A stretch of 64,000 nucleotides of DNA, from the NCBI GenBank assembly GCA_964230645.1, contig CAXRHT010000003.1, positions 1 to 64,000 of the forward strand, in the 5' to 3' direction. Each line of letters begins with the position of its first letter. Position 1 is the first letter of the stretch. This DNA comes from Bdellovibrionales bacterium. Its GTDB lineage: Bacteria > Bdellovibrionota > Bdellovibrionia > Bdellovibrionales > JAGQZY01. The position numbers were made by a program, and so were the translations under genes. Shown here piece after piece: positions 47,662 to 58,468 of the stretch. The notes under the pieces are model-generated. The model was not told the DNA's origin. It did no database searches and saw only the letters and a list, made by a program, of their open reading frames with translations.

Positions 47662-47687
47662 AGATTCTTCGCTTCGCTCAGAATGAC
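47662..47687. repeat. Single REP-like palindromic element
   Basis: Minus strand GTCATTCTGAGCGAAGCGAAGAATCT: GTCA tetramer plus an imperfect stem around a GCGAAGC mini-hairpin. Only one copy seen in the window. Confidence 0.5.
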
Positions 47688-47708
47688 AGGGAATGACGGT
47701 GAAGGAAA

Positions 47709-47799
47709 TGGCGGAGAGGGTGAGATTCGAACTCACGGAACGCTATAAACGCTCGCCGGTTTTCAAGACCGGTGCATTCAACCACTCTGCCACCTCTCC
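47709..47799 (-). tRNA. tRNA-Ser(TGA)
   Basis: Reverse complement GGAGAGG...CCGGT-CTTGAAA-ACCGG, long variable arm, GTTCGAATC...CCTCTCCGCCA. Confidence 0.97.
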
Positions 47800-47833
47800 G
47801 CGGCGATAAATTGTAAGATTCAAATATTTAGCA

Positions 47834-47879
47834 TAAATCCCGAGTGGTTCCAGCAATTTTGAGCCAGATTCGGGATTTA
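47834..47879. other. Inverted repeat between serS and tRNA-Ser
   Basis: TAAATCCCGA ... TCGGGATTTA with inner TGGTTC/GAGCCA pairing; may be a terminator or processing hairpin. Confidence 0.45.
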
Positions 47880-47903
47880 GATGCATCCTGTCAAAAGACT
47901 CTT

Positions 47904-49190
47904 CTATGAGTTCGCTTTGATTTCATTAGATCCGAAATACTTTTGCAAAACTGAGGGGATCTTAATGGAGCCATCTTCTTGTTGATAGTTCTCTATGATT
48001 GCAATCACCGTTCGTCCAATAGCAAGTCCTGAGCCATTGAGAGTGTGCACGTATTGCGGTTTTCCTCCCCCTTTTGGCTTAAAGCGAGTGTTAACCCTTC
48101 TGGCTTGAAAATCTTCGAAATTTGAGCAGGAGCTGATTTCTCGATAGTCGTTTTCGCCTGGTAGCCAAACCTCTAGGTCGTAACATTTCGCCGCACCAAA
48201 GCTTATGTCACCACTACAAAGGGTGGAGACTCGGTAATGAAGCTCAAGACGCTTTAACACTTCCTCAGCATTTTGTGTGAGACGATCATGCTCCTCATAG
48301 GATCGGTCCGGGTGCACGAACGTCATTAGTTCCACTTTTTCAAACTGGTGCTGTCTAATTAAGCCCTTTGTGTCTTTTCCGTAGCTACCCGCTTCGGACC
48401 TAAAACAAGAAGAATAGGCAGCAAACCTTTGAGGTAGGTCTTCTTCTTTAAGGGTTTCACCCCGATAATAATTGGTCATTGGCGCTTCAGCTGTTGGGAT
48501 CAAGTAATAGGGAAAGTTTTTTAAATGAAAAACATCTTCCTGGAATTTAGGAAACTGACCCGTACCGTACATACTCTCGGTGTTTACAATGTATGGAGGA
48601 AGCACCTCTCGGTAACCATTCTGCTCGGTATGTAAATCGAGCATAAAGTTAGCGAGCGCTCGCTCCAATCGAGCACCGGCCCCCATAAGAAAGGAAAATC
48701 TCGCTCCTGCGACTTTAGAAGCTCTTTCAAAATCCACTATCCCTAAATTTTCTGCGATCTCGTGATGGGGTTTAGGCTTGAATGAAAACTCTGGAGCTGT
48801 TCCATTATCCCTTTCCACCCGATTGTCTTTTTCAGATCGTCCCTCAGGCACGGATTCGTGCAATTTATTCGGGAGTTGCATTAAAAGCTCATCAAGTTCT
48901 GATTTCGTTTTTTCAAAATCTTCTTCTATGGACTTTATTTCTGTTTTCATTTCTTGAACAGCAGCCATTTCATCTTCGGCAGACTCGCCCGCCTTTTTTT
49001 TCTGCCCGATGACCGCACTTAATTTTTTCTGCTCGTTTTTTTTAACATCGATAGAGTGTGTCTTTTCTTTTCTAGCCTCATTAAGGGTTAACACCTTTTC
49101 AAGGACCGATTCGTCGGCTCCACGGGCTTTCAAACTTTTTTTGTAATCACTAAGATATTGGTCGTCTTCAAGATTTTTTATATAAATCAT
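47904..49190 (-). CDS. serS: Serine--tRNA ligase
   Basis: [38 protein letters not shown] and HTLNGSGLA. Confidence 0.98.
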   Translation of the reverse strand: MIYIKNLEDDQYLSDYKKSLKARGADESVLEKVLTLNEARKEKTHSIDVKKNEQKKLSAVIGQKKKAGESAEDEMAAVQEMKTEIKSIEEDFEKTKSELDELLMQLPNKLHESVPEGRSEKDNRVERDNGTAPEFSFKPKPHHEIAENLGIVDFERASKVAGARFSFLMGAGARLERALANFMLDLHTEQNGYREVLPPYIVNTESMYGTGQFPKFQEDVFHLKNFPYYLIPTAEAPMTNYYRGETLKEEDLPQRFAAYSSCFRSEAGSYGKDTKGLIRQHQFEKVELMTFVHPDRSYEEHDRLTQNAEEVLKRLELHYRVSTLCSGDISFGAAKCYDLEVWLPGENDYREISSCSNFEDFQARRVNTRFKPKGGGKPQYVHTLNGSGLAIGRTVIAIIENYQQEDGSIKIPSVLQKYFGSNEIKANS

Positions 49191-49195
49191 TTCAA

Positions 49196-49483
49196 TTATG
49201 CTCCAGGTGCCATTTTAACGTACATTTGTAGTAGGGCTCCAATCAAAATACATACAAGGTTGAGTATAACAACCGAGAAAAAGCCCCAGCCTTTTGTTAC
49301 TCTCACAATCGCTCCTGTCATCAAAACAATGATGAAGAAGAATAAAAAATTTTCAAAAGCGAAGATCATCTGAAAGAAGTGGGCAAAAACTAGGCCTATC
49401 CAACCGCCTGTCACAACTCGAGCCACATAGGTTCCAAAGTCTCCTGAAGACTTTTTCACCTGAAATTGAACTTTGTTGATCAT
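49196..49483 (-). CDS. Small membrane protein
   Basis: Three hydrophobic segments; sits in the operon between the TPR gene and serS. Confidence 0.7.
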   Translation of the reverse strand: MINKVQFQVKKSSGDFGTYVARVVTGGWIGLVFAHFFQMIFAFENFLFFFIIVLMTGAIVRVTKGWGFFSVVILNLVCILIGALLQMYVKMAPGA

Positions 49484-49484
49484 C

Positions 49485-52358
49485 TCACCCATCTTCAACT
49501 CCCATTTTGTTGATTTGTTTCAGTAAGGCCTCTATCTGCTTTTTATCCTTAGCATTAGGGCTTAACTGTAAATATCTTTGGTAGCCTTCCGCTGATTTTA
49601 TATAGTAGCCTTTCTTAAGATACAAGGCTCCCAATTCTTTATAAATATCTGGATTTCCTGACTCTTGATTCAGGGCTTTGGTCAACATGGTCAGTGCCGA
49701 ATCAAAAATACCAGAAAGCCTGTAGCAGCGAGCCAATTTAATATAAACATCTGCTGTTTTTAGTCCTCGCGAGAGAACCTTTTGATATTCCTCCGTACAT
49801 AGTTGGTACTGACCTTTCTTATAATAGGCATCAGCTGCCAATAAATAAGGTTCAGGAATACCGGGGTTCATTAAGCGTTCTTGGTCTGACATTTTTAGAG
49901 CCATGTCGTAATTTTTGAGATTGAGATTCGACATCCCTGCATAATAATGGGCAAAAGGATAATTGGGATTGATCTCTAAAACACGGTCAAACTGTTTTAG
50001 AGCTTCTCGATACTTCCCCGAGTCGTAGTAAAGCTGGCCAATTAAAAATATGGGCTCAGCGTCCGTGGGATCAAGAGCCGCGGCCTCTAAGAAAAGATCT
50101 CTTGATTCCTCAAAGCGTTTTTCAATTTGCAGGATCTTTGCAAGATCCATAAGAATACCTTTATCTTTTGGACTTTTTTCTAAGGCATCATAATAGTATT
50201 GAATGGCCTCACTGTTGCGCTCCTCCCGAGCCAATAGGTCACCAATGGCTCGCATGTAAACAACTTTGCCGTACTTTGAAATCATCTTATCAAGGTAGGT
50301 AATCCCAGCGTCCGTTCCCTGTAAGGCTGCTAAGATTTTAGAGAACGTGACATGAACATCCTCGTTACTTGAATCGAGCTCCAGTGCTCTTTGTAGGTAC
50401 CGGAAGGCATCCTCAGGACTCCCTTGCTCATTCAGAGATTTGGCTAAAATAATGAGGCTTGGAATATCGGTGTCATAGAGCTCCAAAGCTTTCTTCGCAA
50501 AACGAACAGCTCCGGCGTAATTTCTTCTTCTCATCTCAATGAGAGCAAAGCCTCTGAAAACACCGTGGTGCCTTGGATTAACAAGCAAGGCACTTTTTAA
50601 TGTTTCGATCGCATTTTCGTAATCAAACCTCTCACTTTGAAAGTCTGAGAGAATCAGGTAACTTCTAATAAAGCTTGGGTCGGCATCGATCGACATTTTA
50701 ATCCAACGGATGGCCTCATTACTTTGGCCCAATTTCCAAAGGGCCTCGCCTGCTCTCAGGGCTGCAAAACCATTTTCAGGGTTGGCTTCAAAGGCGGCTC
50801 GAAACTCAGCCTGGGCCCCTGAGTAGTTACCCATTTTCATATACTGCTCACCCAGGTAGACCATGTTAACATTATCAATACTGACGGAGTTAAGCGCTTT
50901 GAGCCCTCCCATACTGACAATAAGGCTTCGAGCATCCTCATTACTAGAATCAATGGAGAAAGCTTTCTGGGCGTTCTCAAGCCCTTTTTTGTTACTTCCC
51001 TGAAGGATGCTAATTTTGGCGAGGGTCAGAAAGGCTTCCGATTCGATCATTTTAGGAATGAACTGCCCTGAGGTTAAACCACTACTAATATAGTCCTTTG
51101 CTTTTGAAATATTTTGATAAGGATCAAATTCTAAAATTCCAAGTTCTATTTTTGCAACCGCATGTTGAGGATTCGATCTTAACAGTCTTTGATAAAGTTT
51201 AATGGCTGTACCGTGGACCCCTCTTTTCCGGTACATTCTTGCTTCCTGTAAAAGCGATTTTGACCAAACGGGTGGAGGCGTCCAAAGCTCCCGAACTTTT
51301 GCAAAGTAGTAAGAGGCTGAACGGTAGTCTTTTCTAGCCGCATAAATATCCCCAACCATATGATTGAAAAAAATCATCCCGGGAGATTCGGCTAAATGGT
51401 TGTTCATGATTCTCATGGCATCATCGTATTCCCCTTTAAGCCAATGAGAAACCACCAAGCAAATATTAGCTGAAGGACTTTTGGGATTGAGCTTTTGCAC
51501 CCTTCTTAATACTAGCTGAAAGGTTTTGTGATCTTGAGCGTCCTGATAAGTAAAGGGCCAAAGTTCTCTATAAGTCATGCAAAGAAACCCAAAGGCGTCG
51601 AGGCTCCTTGAACCTTGAACGATTTCCACAAGAGCATCTTGAGCTGTAAGGTAGTCTTTAAAAGTATCCTTGCGAAAGGATTGAATGGCTCGCCTCATAT
51701 TTTGTTGAATTTCACCTTTGGAAATATTTGGACCATTCTTGAATTGGGGGCGACGAAGGTGAGTCTGATTGGCACCACCTGTGGTTCTTTGCAGGTAAAA
51801 ATATACAGAAGCCACAACTAGAATCGCCGCTCCTAAAGCGATAAGTTGAACTTTCGTCCTCTCTTCACGACGTGATTTTCCAGAACTTTTTGAAGAAGTA
51901 GAAGGTCTTTTTTTTCTCGATCTCTTTTCATTTTGTTCTCTATCAATGACAGCCTTGCCGACTTTCGGAGCCCCTTCTTTTTCCATCTCAATAATGACTG
52001 GAGTCTTAGCATCGAGATCTTCGAAAACAGCTTTACCCTTTTCATCCTTTGGAACGGGGTCTTCTTTGCCTTTTTCAAATTCCTTTTTTAAGGTTTCTAT
52101 TCGTTGTGTGACTTCTTTTTTCTCTAAGGAACTTTCATCCTCTTTTTCAAAAAGTTCGTCTTCTAAAACTTCAAGGAGGATATTAAAAAAGTTTTCATCA
52201 TAAGAAATGGGAAACCAGCGACCTGACGGAAATTTTGAAATATATTCCTCACCCACGTAAACACCTGAGCGAATCTTACGAATCACTTCGACTGTGGTGA
52301 ATGGTCCTTCTATTTCACCTTTGGAAGTTCGAATGAGCCACTGAACAATTTCGTTCAC
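49485..52358 (-). CDS. GYF-like domain / TM / tetratricopeptide repeat protein
   Basis: N-terminal W....GEIEGPF...GEE.IS..P.G.W (GYF_2-like), a single TM and a long TPR array. Confidence 0.85.
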   Translation of the reverse strand: MNEIVQWLIRTSKGEIEGPFTTVEVIRKIRSGVYVGEEYISKFPSGRWFPISYDENFFNILLEVLEDELFEKEDESSLEKKEVTQRIETLKKEFEKGKEDPVPKDEKGKAVFEDLDAKTPVIIEMEKEGAPKVGKAVIDREQNEKRSRKKRPSTSSKSSGKSRREERTKVQLIALGAAILVVASVYFYLQRTTGGANQTHLRRPQFKNGPNISKGEIQQNMRRAIQSFRKDTFKDYLTAQDALVEIVQGSRSLDAFGFLCMTYRELWPFTYQDAQDHKTFQLVLRRVQKLNPKSPSANICLVVSHWLKGEYDDAMRIMNNHLAESPGMIFFNHMVGDIYAARKDYRSASYYFAKVRELWTPPPVWSKSLLQEARMYRKRGVHGTAIKLYQRLLRSNPQHAVAKIELGILEFDPYQNISKAKDYISSGLTSGQFIPKMIESEAFLTLAKISILQGSNKKGLENAQKAFSIDSSNEDARSLIVSMGGLKALNSVSIDNVNMVYLGEQYMKMGNYSGAQAEFRAAFEANPENGFAALRAGEALWKLGQSNEAIRWIKMSIDADPSFIRSYLILSDFQSERFDYENAIETLKSALLVNPRHHGVFRGFALIEMRRRNYAGAVRFAKKALELYDTDIPSLIILAKSLNEQGSPEDAFRYLQRALELDSSNEDVHVTFSKILAALQGTDAGITYLDKMISKYGKVVYMRAIGDLLAREERNSEAIQYYYDALEKSPKDKGILMDLAKILQIEKRFEESRDLFLEAAALDPTDAEPIFLIGQLYYDSGKYREALKQFDRVLEINPNYPFAHYYAGMSNLNLKNYDMALKMSDQERLMNPGIPEPYLLAADAYYKKGQYQLCTEEYQKVLSRGLKTADVYIKLARCYRLSGIFDSALTMLTKALNQESGNPDIYKELGALYLKKGYYIKSAEGYQRYLQLSPNAKDKKQIEALLKQINKMGVEDG

Positions 52359-52380
52359 TTATATAGTCTCCCTTGGGGAT

Positions 52381-53640
52381 CTACTCTTTGATTCTCTCAA
52401 TGTCGGCACCTAAGGATTTCAGCTTTCCTTCAAGATTCTCGTAGCCTCGATCAAGGTGATAAATGCGGTTCACTACAGTCTCTCCAGAAGCGACGAGCCC
52501 AGCTAGAATAAGGCTCGCACTCGCTCTAAGATCTGTAGCCATAACAGGAGCACCGACAAGATTTCCTTCGGATCCATGAATGATCGCTTCATGGCCATCG
52601 ACTTCAATTTTAGCACCCAATCGCATAAGTTCAGAGACATGCATAAAACGATTTTCAAAAACCTTCTCAATGATTCGGCTTTTACCGGGAATTTGAGTCA
52701 TTAATGCCATCAATTGCGCCTGAAGGTCTGTCGGGAAACCGGGGAAAGGCTCTGTGGTGATTTGAATTGAGGCGTATCCCCCATTTCCTTGAACCTGAAT
52801 GAAATCATCTCCAAACTCTAATTCTATCCCCATTTGCTGAAGGGCTTTATTAAAAGATGTTAAGTGAGTGGGGTCACAGTTATTTATCTTAACTTTGCCG
52901 TTGGTAATTGCGGCTGCAACCATCAGAGTTCCTGTTTCGATGCGATCAGGGATCACATCATGTTCAGCGGGCTGGAGATTATTTTGACCTTGTATTTGAA
53001 TGGTTGAGTCTCCTGCTCCCTGTACATCAGCCCCCATTTTGTTGAGGTAATTGGCTAAATCCACAATCTCTGGTTCTTGAGCTGCGTTCTGAATTGTGGT
53101 CTGCCCCTTAGCAAGGCTTGCTGCCATCATGATGTTTTCCGTTCCCCCAACAGTAGGAAAGGGAAATTGGATATTAGTCCCTTTTAGGCCACCTGGGGCT
53201 TTAGCAACGACATATCCCCCATCCACTTCAATTTGAGCGCCCATCTTTTTGAGGGCATCAAGATGCATTCCAATGGGTCTAGCACCAATAGCACATCCTC
53301 CTGGTAAACTAACCTTAGCTTCATCAAACCGAGCCAACAGGGGGCCTAACACCAGAATGCTCGCTCTCATTTTTCTAACTTGATCATAGTGAGCGAGCGT
53401 CTCTAAAGTTTTATCAACCGAAAGGCTGAGGTTGTTATTTTCAAATTCCGTTTTACAGCCCAGGGAATTCATTAATTGATTCGCTGAGAATATATCTTGG
53501 AGGCGCGGGACATTTCCTAATTTGTGTTTTCCAGGAGCTAATAGGGTCGAGAATATAAGGGGAAGAGCTGAGTTCTTAGCACCACTGACACTCACCTCAC
53601 CTCGGAGAGTTTGCCCTCCGCGGATTCTAATTTTATCCAT
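52381..53640 (-). CDS. murA: UDP-N-acetylglucosamine 1-carboxyvinyltransferase
   Basis: GAKNSALP, MRASILVLGPL, LPGGCAIGARP, PGFPTDLQAQ and DLRASA. Confidence 0.98.
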   Translation of the reverse strand: MDKIRIRGGQTLRGEVSVSGAKNSALPLIFSTLLAPGKHKLGNVPRLQDIFSANQLMNSLGCKTEFENNNLSLSVDKTLETLAHYDQVRKMRASILVLGPLLARFDEAKVSLPGGCAIGARPIGMHLDALKKMGAQIEVDGGYVVAKAPGGLKGTNIQFPFPTVGGTENIMMAASLAKGQTTIQNAAQEPEIVDLANYLNKMGADVQGAGDSTIQIQGQNNLQPAEHDVIPDRIETGTLMVAAAITNGKVKINNCDPTHLTSFNKALQQMGIELEFGDDFIQVQGNGGYASIQITTEPFPGFPTDLQAQLMALMTQIPGKSRIIEKVFENRFMHVSELMRLGAKIEVDGHEAIIHGSEGNLVGAPVMATDLRASASLILAGLVASGETVVNRIYHLDRGYENLEGKLKSLGADIERIKE

Positions 53641-53649
53641 ATTGTAATC

Positions 53650-54495
53650 CTACTCTTTTTTGAGTTTAAAAAATCTATCGATTCCAGCGTAATCAGGTAT
53701 CTTCTCAATGATACTGTAATCAGTGGAAGCAATAAAGTCTGATAAAGGGATTTCCTGTCCTTGCCCAAACTCAAAAAGGTAATGTCCCCCAGGCTTAAGC
53801 GCTTGGTAGGAAAGGGATACCCACCTTTTAGGGACTTCCAAACCCTCATCAGCACAATAAAGAGCCTCATGGGGCTCGTAGAGATGGACCGAAGTCTGGA
53901 CCCTGGAATCACCAGGTTTAATATAAGGAGGGTTAGAAACGATCAAATCGGCTCTTTCCTTTAAAAAGTTCAAAACATCAGGAGAACTAAGATCCTCTTG
54001 ATAAAATTCGACATTGGAGACGTCTAGTTTCACTGCGTTTTGCTTACTTATCTTAAGGGCCTCAACACTTTTCTCAAACAGGTGGACCCTGCAATCAGGA
54101 CGCTCTTTAGCAATGGATAAGCCTATACAACCGGAACCCGCTCCAAAATCGAAAATGGTTTGAGCCTCCGAATTTAGGGTTTTGAGACTCTTTTCCACTA
54201 AAATCTCGGTTTCATTACGAGGGATTAAAACATCAGGAGTCACGATGAATTCAGATTTAAAGAAAAACTTCGATCCAATAATGTGAGCAACAGGCTTTCC
54301 GGCTTTATAGTCTGCGAAAGCATCTCGAATAGATTCTATTTTTCCCAAAGGGATCTTCTCATTCAATAAAAGTTGCAACTCCCCCCAGTTCTTACCTAGG
54401 AAAAAGCCAACAAGGTCTTCCAAACTACGCTTATGAGTCAAATACTCGGGACCCCAGGTTTTTTTTTGATTTTCTAGAAGCTCAGCTAGCGTCAT
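53650..54495 (-). CDS. prmC: Release factor glutamine methyltransferase
   Basis: VLIPRNETE, DFGAGSGCI and SNPPY; directly downstream of prfA. Confidence 0.95.
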   Translation of the reverse strand: MTLAELLENQKKTWGPEYLTHKRSLEDLVGFFLGKNWGELQLLLNEKIPLGKIESIRDAFADYKAGKPVAHIIGSKFFFKSEFIVTPDVLIPRNETEILVEKSLKTLNSEAQTIFDFGAGSGCIGLSIAKERPDCRVHLFEKSVEALKISKQNAVKLDVSNVEFYQEDLSSPDVLNFLKERADLIVSNPPYIKPGDSRVQTSVHLYEPHEALYCADEGLEVPKRWVSLSYQALKPGGHYLFEFGQGQEIPLSDFIASTDYSIIEKIPDYAGIDRFFKLKKE

Positions 54496-55577
54496 TAGCT
54501 AACGGGAGTGCCTTCGGATTCTTTGAGAGCCTCAGCTTGATAGTGGGCAATCACAGGATCAATAACTTGTTCCATATGCCCCTTCATAATCTCATCCAAA
54601 GAATGGAGGGTGAGACCAATGCGGTGATCGGTCACTCTCGTTTGTGGGAAGTTATAGGTCCGAATTCTCTCAGAACGATCCCCTGTACCAATTTGTGAAA
54701 GTCTGGCATCAGAGGCCTCTTTCATCGCCTTTTCTTCCTCGGCTGCTTTCAGCCGAGACATCAAGATCTTCATGGCTCGGTCTTTGTTTGCGTGCTGAGA
54801 TTTACCTTCTTGGCAGTAGACAACAATACCCGATGGATTGTGCGTAATACGAACCGCTGAGTCTGTGGTGTTAACGTGCTGACCACCAGCCCCACTGGCT
54901 CTCATCACATCAATTCTGATATCTTTTTGTTCAATGGCCACTTCTACCTCTTCGGCCTCTGGAATCACCGCCACAGTAACGGTAGAAGTGTGCACTCGGC
55001 CTTGGGATTCAGTCTTTGGAACCCTTTGAACTCTGTGTACTCCACTTTCATACTTGAGGTGGGAGTACACTTGATCTCCTGAGATCATTGCGACAATCTC
55101 TTTGGCTCCCCCAACATTTCCTGCAGAGAAAGAGAGAAGCTCCGTTTTGAACCCAAGGCTTGAGGCGTAGTGGGAGTATGAAGTGTAGAGCTCTTCGGCA
55201 AATAAGCTCGCCTCATCTCCTCCGGCACCGGCTCGAATTTCCAAAATGATATTTTTTTCGTCGTTGGGGTCTTTAGGTAGAAGACTTAATTTTAGTTTAT
55301 GAGTGATATCCTCAAGTTTAGACTCGGCCTCATAAAGGTCTTCCCTTGCCATCTCGCGAAGCTCTTCATCAGCCTCTGCTGAGATGAGCTCCTTACTGTC
55401 TTCAATTGTCTTAATTAATTGTTTGTATTCCCGGTAGATCTTAACGACCTTTTCCAATTCGGCTTGCTCTTTCATGAGCTTTCGGAATTTTGTTTGATCG
55501 TTGGCTACATCAGGATTTTGCAACTGGTGGCAAAGGGACTCATATTTTTTTTCCACTTCACCCAGTTTATCGAACAT
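54495..55577 (-). CDS. prfA: Peptide chain release factor 1
   Basis: [25 protein letters not shown] (PxT), GAGGQHVN and [13 protein letters not shown]. Confidence 0.98.
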   Translation of the reverse strand: MFDKLGEVEKKYESLCHQLQNPDVANDQTKFRKLMKEQAELEKVVKIYREYKQLIKTIEDSKELISAEADEELREMAREDLYEAESKLEDITHKLKLSLLPKDPNDEKNIILEIRAGAGGDEASLFAEELYTSYSHYASSLGFKTELLSFSAGNVGGAKEIVAMISGDQVYSHLKYESGVHRVQRVPKTESQGRVHTSTVTVAVIPEAEEVEVAIEQKDIRIDVMRASGAGGQHVNTTDSAVRITHNPSGIVVYCQEGKSQHANKDRAMKILMSRLKAAEEEKAMKEASDARLSQIGTGDRSERIRTYNFPQTRVTDHRIGLTLHSLDEIMKGHMEQVIDPVIAHYQAEALKESEGTPVS

Positions 55578-55601
55578 AGACGGAAAGTCCTTGCGCTGGG
55601 G

Positions 55602-55823
55602 TTACTTGTTGTCTTTTTTGTAAAACTTGGCGTATTTCTTTTTAAATTTTTCCACTCGGCCTTCGGTATCAACAAGCTTTTGTTTACCCGTATAAAAAGG
55701 ATGGCACTCTGAGCAGATATCAATCTTAATTTCTTTCAGAGTAGAACCAGTTGTGAACGAATTACCGCACACGCAAACGACTTGTGCATCCGTATAATAA
55801 GTGGGATGAATTTCAGGTTTCAT
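55602..55823 (-). CDS. rpmE: 50S ribosomal protein L31 (Zn-binding type)
   Basis: MKPEIHP.Y...CVCGN...[25 protein letters not shown]. Confidence 0.97.
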   Translation of the reverse strand: MKPEIHPTYYTDAQVVCVCGNSFTTGSTLKEIKIDICSECHPFYTGKQKLVDTEGRVEKFKKKYAKFYKKDNK

Positions 55824-55913
55824 AACGCATAACTCCAATTAAGATCCGGAAATTTAGCATAGTGATTAGGGCTCGTCGAGTTATTTTTTTACTAATTAAG
55901 CACTTTTCTGTAG

Positions 55914-55996
55914 TTATGCACAGCTTTCCGATAAGTTCCACAGAGTTTTCCACATATATGCGACTATATCTACGTATATGTGAAGAATTTTGCACT
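55914..55996. promoter_or_regulatory. Cluster of DnaA-box-like 9-mers in the rho-rpmE intergenic region
   Basis: TTATGCACA (55914) and TTTTCCACA (55946) match TT(A/T)TNCACA. AGTTCCACA (55934), TGTGAAGAA (55979, reverse) and TTTTGCACT (55988) are near matches. Confidence 0.6.
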
Positions 55997-56072
55997 AAAT
56001 ACAGCCCTTTACCTAGACTTTTGTCGAAGGATTAAGCGCTCTCATCCGGTCAGAATCTTAACCGAATGCTTA

Positions 56073-57707
56073 TTATTTGCCCATTCCAGCCAAAAATGAG
56101 GTGTTGTCTTTAGCTGACTTAAGCTTATCGAGCAAAAATTCCATGCTATCGACCACATTCATAGGGGCTAGAACCTTTCTTAGAATCCAAAGACGGTTTA
56201 AGTCCACCTTCTCAATCAAGAGGTCCTCTTTACGGGTTCCTGATTTATTGATGTCCATACATGGGAAAATTCTCTTTTCCATAAGCTTTCGATCCAAGTG
56301 GATCTCAGCATTACCAGTTCCTTTAAATTCTTCGAAAATCACCTCATCCATGCGCGAGCCTGTATCGATCAAGGCCGTTGCAATGATGGTAAGACTTCCA
56401 CCTTCTTCAATATTTCGGGCCGCCCCGAAAAATCGCTTCGGTTTGTGAAGGGCATTTGAATCCACACCACCTGATAGAATCTTACCAGAAGGGGGCACAA
56501 CGGTGTTGTAAGCCCTTGCCAATCGAGTGATGGAGTCCAGAAGGATCACAACATCGTTTTTGTTCTCTACCAATCGTTTGGCTTTTTCTAAGACCATCTC
56601 TGCAACCTGAACGTGTCTTGTGGGTGGCTCATCAAAAGTAGAGCTGACCACTTCACCTTTCACGTTACGAGACATATCCGTTACCTCTTCCGGGCGCTCA
56701 TCAATCAGTAAAACAATAAGCCGAGTTTCTGGATGATTCGTAGAGATCGCATTGGCAATATCTTGGAGAAGGACGGTCTTTCCTGTTCTTGGAGGGGCCA
56801 CAATTAGGGCTCTTTGTCCTTTACCAAGTGGAGCCATTAAATCCACTACGCGGGTAGTATATTCACCCGGCTCGTGTTCAAGCTTTAATCTTTCCTCAGG
56901 ATAAAGAGGTGTAAGGTTATCAAAAAGAATTTTTTCTTTCGATTTGGCTGGTGGTTGATGGTTTAGTTCTTCAACCTTTAAAAGCGCGAAGTAACGCTCC
57001 CCTTCTTTAGGAGGTCTTACCGTACCACTCACGGTGTCTCCTGTTCGCAGACCAAAACGTCTAATCTGTGAGGGACTCACATAGATATCATCGGGACCGG
57101 GTAAGTAGTTGTAATCGGGTTTTCTCAAGAATCCGTAACCATCGGGAAGAATTTCCAATACACCGTCACCGAAAACATCAACAAGTTGTGCCGCTCTTTT
57201 CAGGGTTTCAAACACGAGTTCCTGACGCCTTAAACCAGCGGCATTTTCAATTTTTAATTTCGTGGCGAGTTGTAAAACTTCTTCAATCTTTTTTGTCTTA
57301 AGACCTTTTGAACTAAGAGCCGCTTTTTCTTCGTCTGTTAATTCGACATCAGAAAGGTCAATAGGTTCACTGGCTCCCATGACGGGTGGAACCATATCAT
57401 CTTGCGCGTTGGGATCTTGCTGTTTGTAATTGTTGCGGCGGTTGTTATTGCGGTTTTTTCCACGATTGTTTCTATGGTTTTTTCGTCTGTTGCTGGAGCC
57501 TCCACCTGAGTTGTCATCTTGGGACCGGCTCTTTGAGGAGCGTTTTTCTTGGCGATCATTGCTGCTACTGCTGCTGCTCTCTGATTTTTCGGTGGATTCG
57601 CTTTTTGCTGAGGACTCAGCTTTGGGGGATTTTTCTTTTTTCGGGGCGGCTTTTTTTGTGGTTTTCTTTTTCGTGGTTTTTTCTTCCGCTACATCCGCTT
57701 CAGACAT
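56073..57707 (-). CDS. rho: Transcription termination factor Rho with polar N-terminal extension
   Basis: [38 protein letters not shown] and FEEFKGTGN. Confidence 0.98.
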   Translation of the reverse strand: MSEADVAEEKTTKKKTTKKAAPKKEKSPKAESSAKSESTEKSESSSSSSNDRQEKRSSKSRSQDDNSGGGSSNRRKNHRNNRGKNRNNNRRNNYKQQDPNAQDDMVPPVMGASEPIDLSDVELTDEEKAALSSKGLKTKKIEEVLQLATKLKIENAAGLRRQELVFETLKRAAQLVDVFGDGVLEILPDGYGFLRKPDYNYLPGPDDIYVSPSQIRRFGLRTGDTVSGTVRPPKEGERYFALLKVEELNHQPPAKSKEKILFDNLTPLYPEERLKLEHEPGEYTTRVVDLMAPLGKGQRALIVAPPRTGKTVLLQDIANAISTNHPETRLIVLLIDERPEEVTDMSRNVKGEVVSSTFDEPPTRHVQVAEMVLEKAKRLVENKNDVVILLDSITRLARAYNTVVPPSGKILSGGVDSNALHKPKRFFGAARNIEEGGSLTIIATALIDTGSRMDEVIFEEFKGTGNAEIHLDRKLMEKRIFPCMDINKSGTRKEDLLIEKVDLNRLWILRKVLAPMNVVDSMEFLLDKLKSAKDNTSFLAGMGK

Positions 57708-58027
57708 ATAGACTCCATGTTAAAGATCATAATGATTTAGATTTTGATATGAGAATGAATAAACTATGGTTTATTTTCCTGTTTTTTTATATATGGGAAA
57801 TACCTGTGATATCTGTATCTTCGGCAGATTAGACAATTACTTTACGAGTTGAAAGTGAAAATTTCACTTTGATACACTGTCCCATTCACTTTGGCGAACT
57901 TTTGGACAAGGCCTTCAAAGTTGTTTCTCTCTGATACAAACAACCGGGCAAATGTATAAAAAATCTCCAAAGAGCTTATTATTTTGGGATGCTTGTCCGA
58001 ATGGTTAAATAGTTAGGAGGTTCACAC

Positions 58028-58393
58028 ATGAATACTATGGATAAACCAGCTCCACGTTTACCCTTAAAGTTACCCATCGAGTTCAGAAAAAACTATTCTC
58101 GGAAATCCGACTATGGGGATCTAAAAAACATAAGCCTCACGGGGGCCTTTCTTATTCATGACACCGATGAAATTGTTGTGAATGATAAAATAAATATCCA
58201 TTTTAAAGTGAGTGGACGAGAAAGAACATTAATTGCATCGGTTGTTTGGCTCGGTGAAAACGGCTGTGGCTTACAATTTCACCCGGACAACAATCGTGAC
58301 GTACAGATCGTGGACGATTTAATGTATTTCGTAAAAGGTCGTCGTTCAAAGAACAAGAATGTTCTAGATGAAATCTTTAGTAAAGTTAGCTAA
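58028..58393 (+). CDS. PilZ domain protein
   Basis: PAPRLP...LKNISLTGA (NxSxxG) and VVW....GCGLQF. AGGAGG RBS. Confidence 0.85.
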   Translation: MNTMDKPAPRLPLKLPIEFRKNYSRKSDYGDLKNISLTGAFLIHDTDEIVVNDKINIHFKVSGRERTLIASVVWLGENGCGLQFHPDNNRDVQIVDDLMYFVKGRRSKNKNVLDEIFSKVS

Positions 58394-58413
58394 TAAGCTT
58401 TAAACAGATAAAT

Positions 58414-58444
58414 AAAAAAAAGCTCAGGGTTTCCTGAGCTTTTT
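58414..58444. terminator. Bidirectional intrinsic terminator
   Basis: AAAAAAAAGCTCAGG-GTTT-CCTGAGCTTTTT between convergent genes. Confidence 0.85.
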
Positions 58445-58468
58445 GCGTTTTAAGTTCGTATAAACTTT

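Noticed and set aside
22530..47700. RiPP precursor peptide, prophage, integrase, integron attC array or CRISPR array
   Set aside because: Reading the intergenic gaps by eye found no repeated spacer units, no convincing precursor ORF and no mobility or virion genes. Very short ORFs could have been missed.
55813..55995. 60-aa ORF upstream of rpmE
   Set aside because: It overlaps the rpmE start region and the DnaA-box-like cluster, with no coding features.
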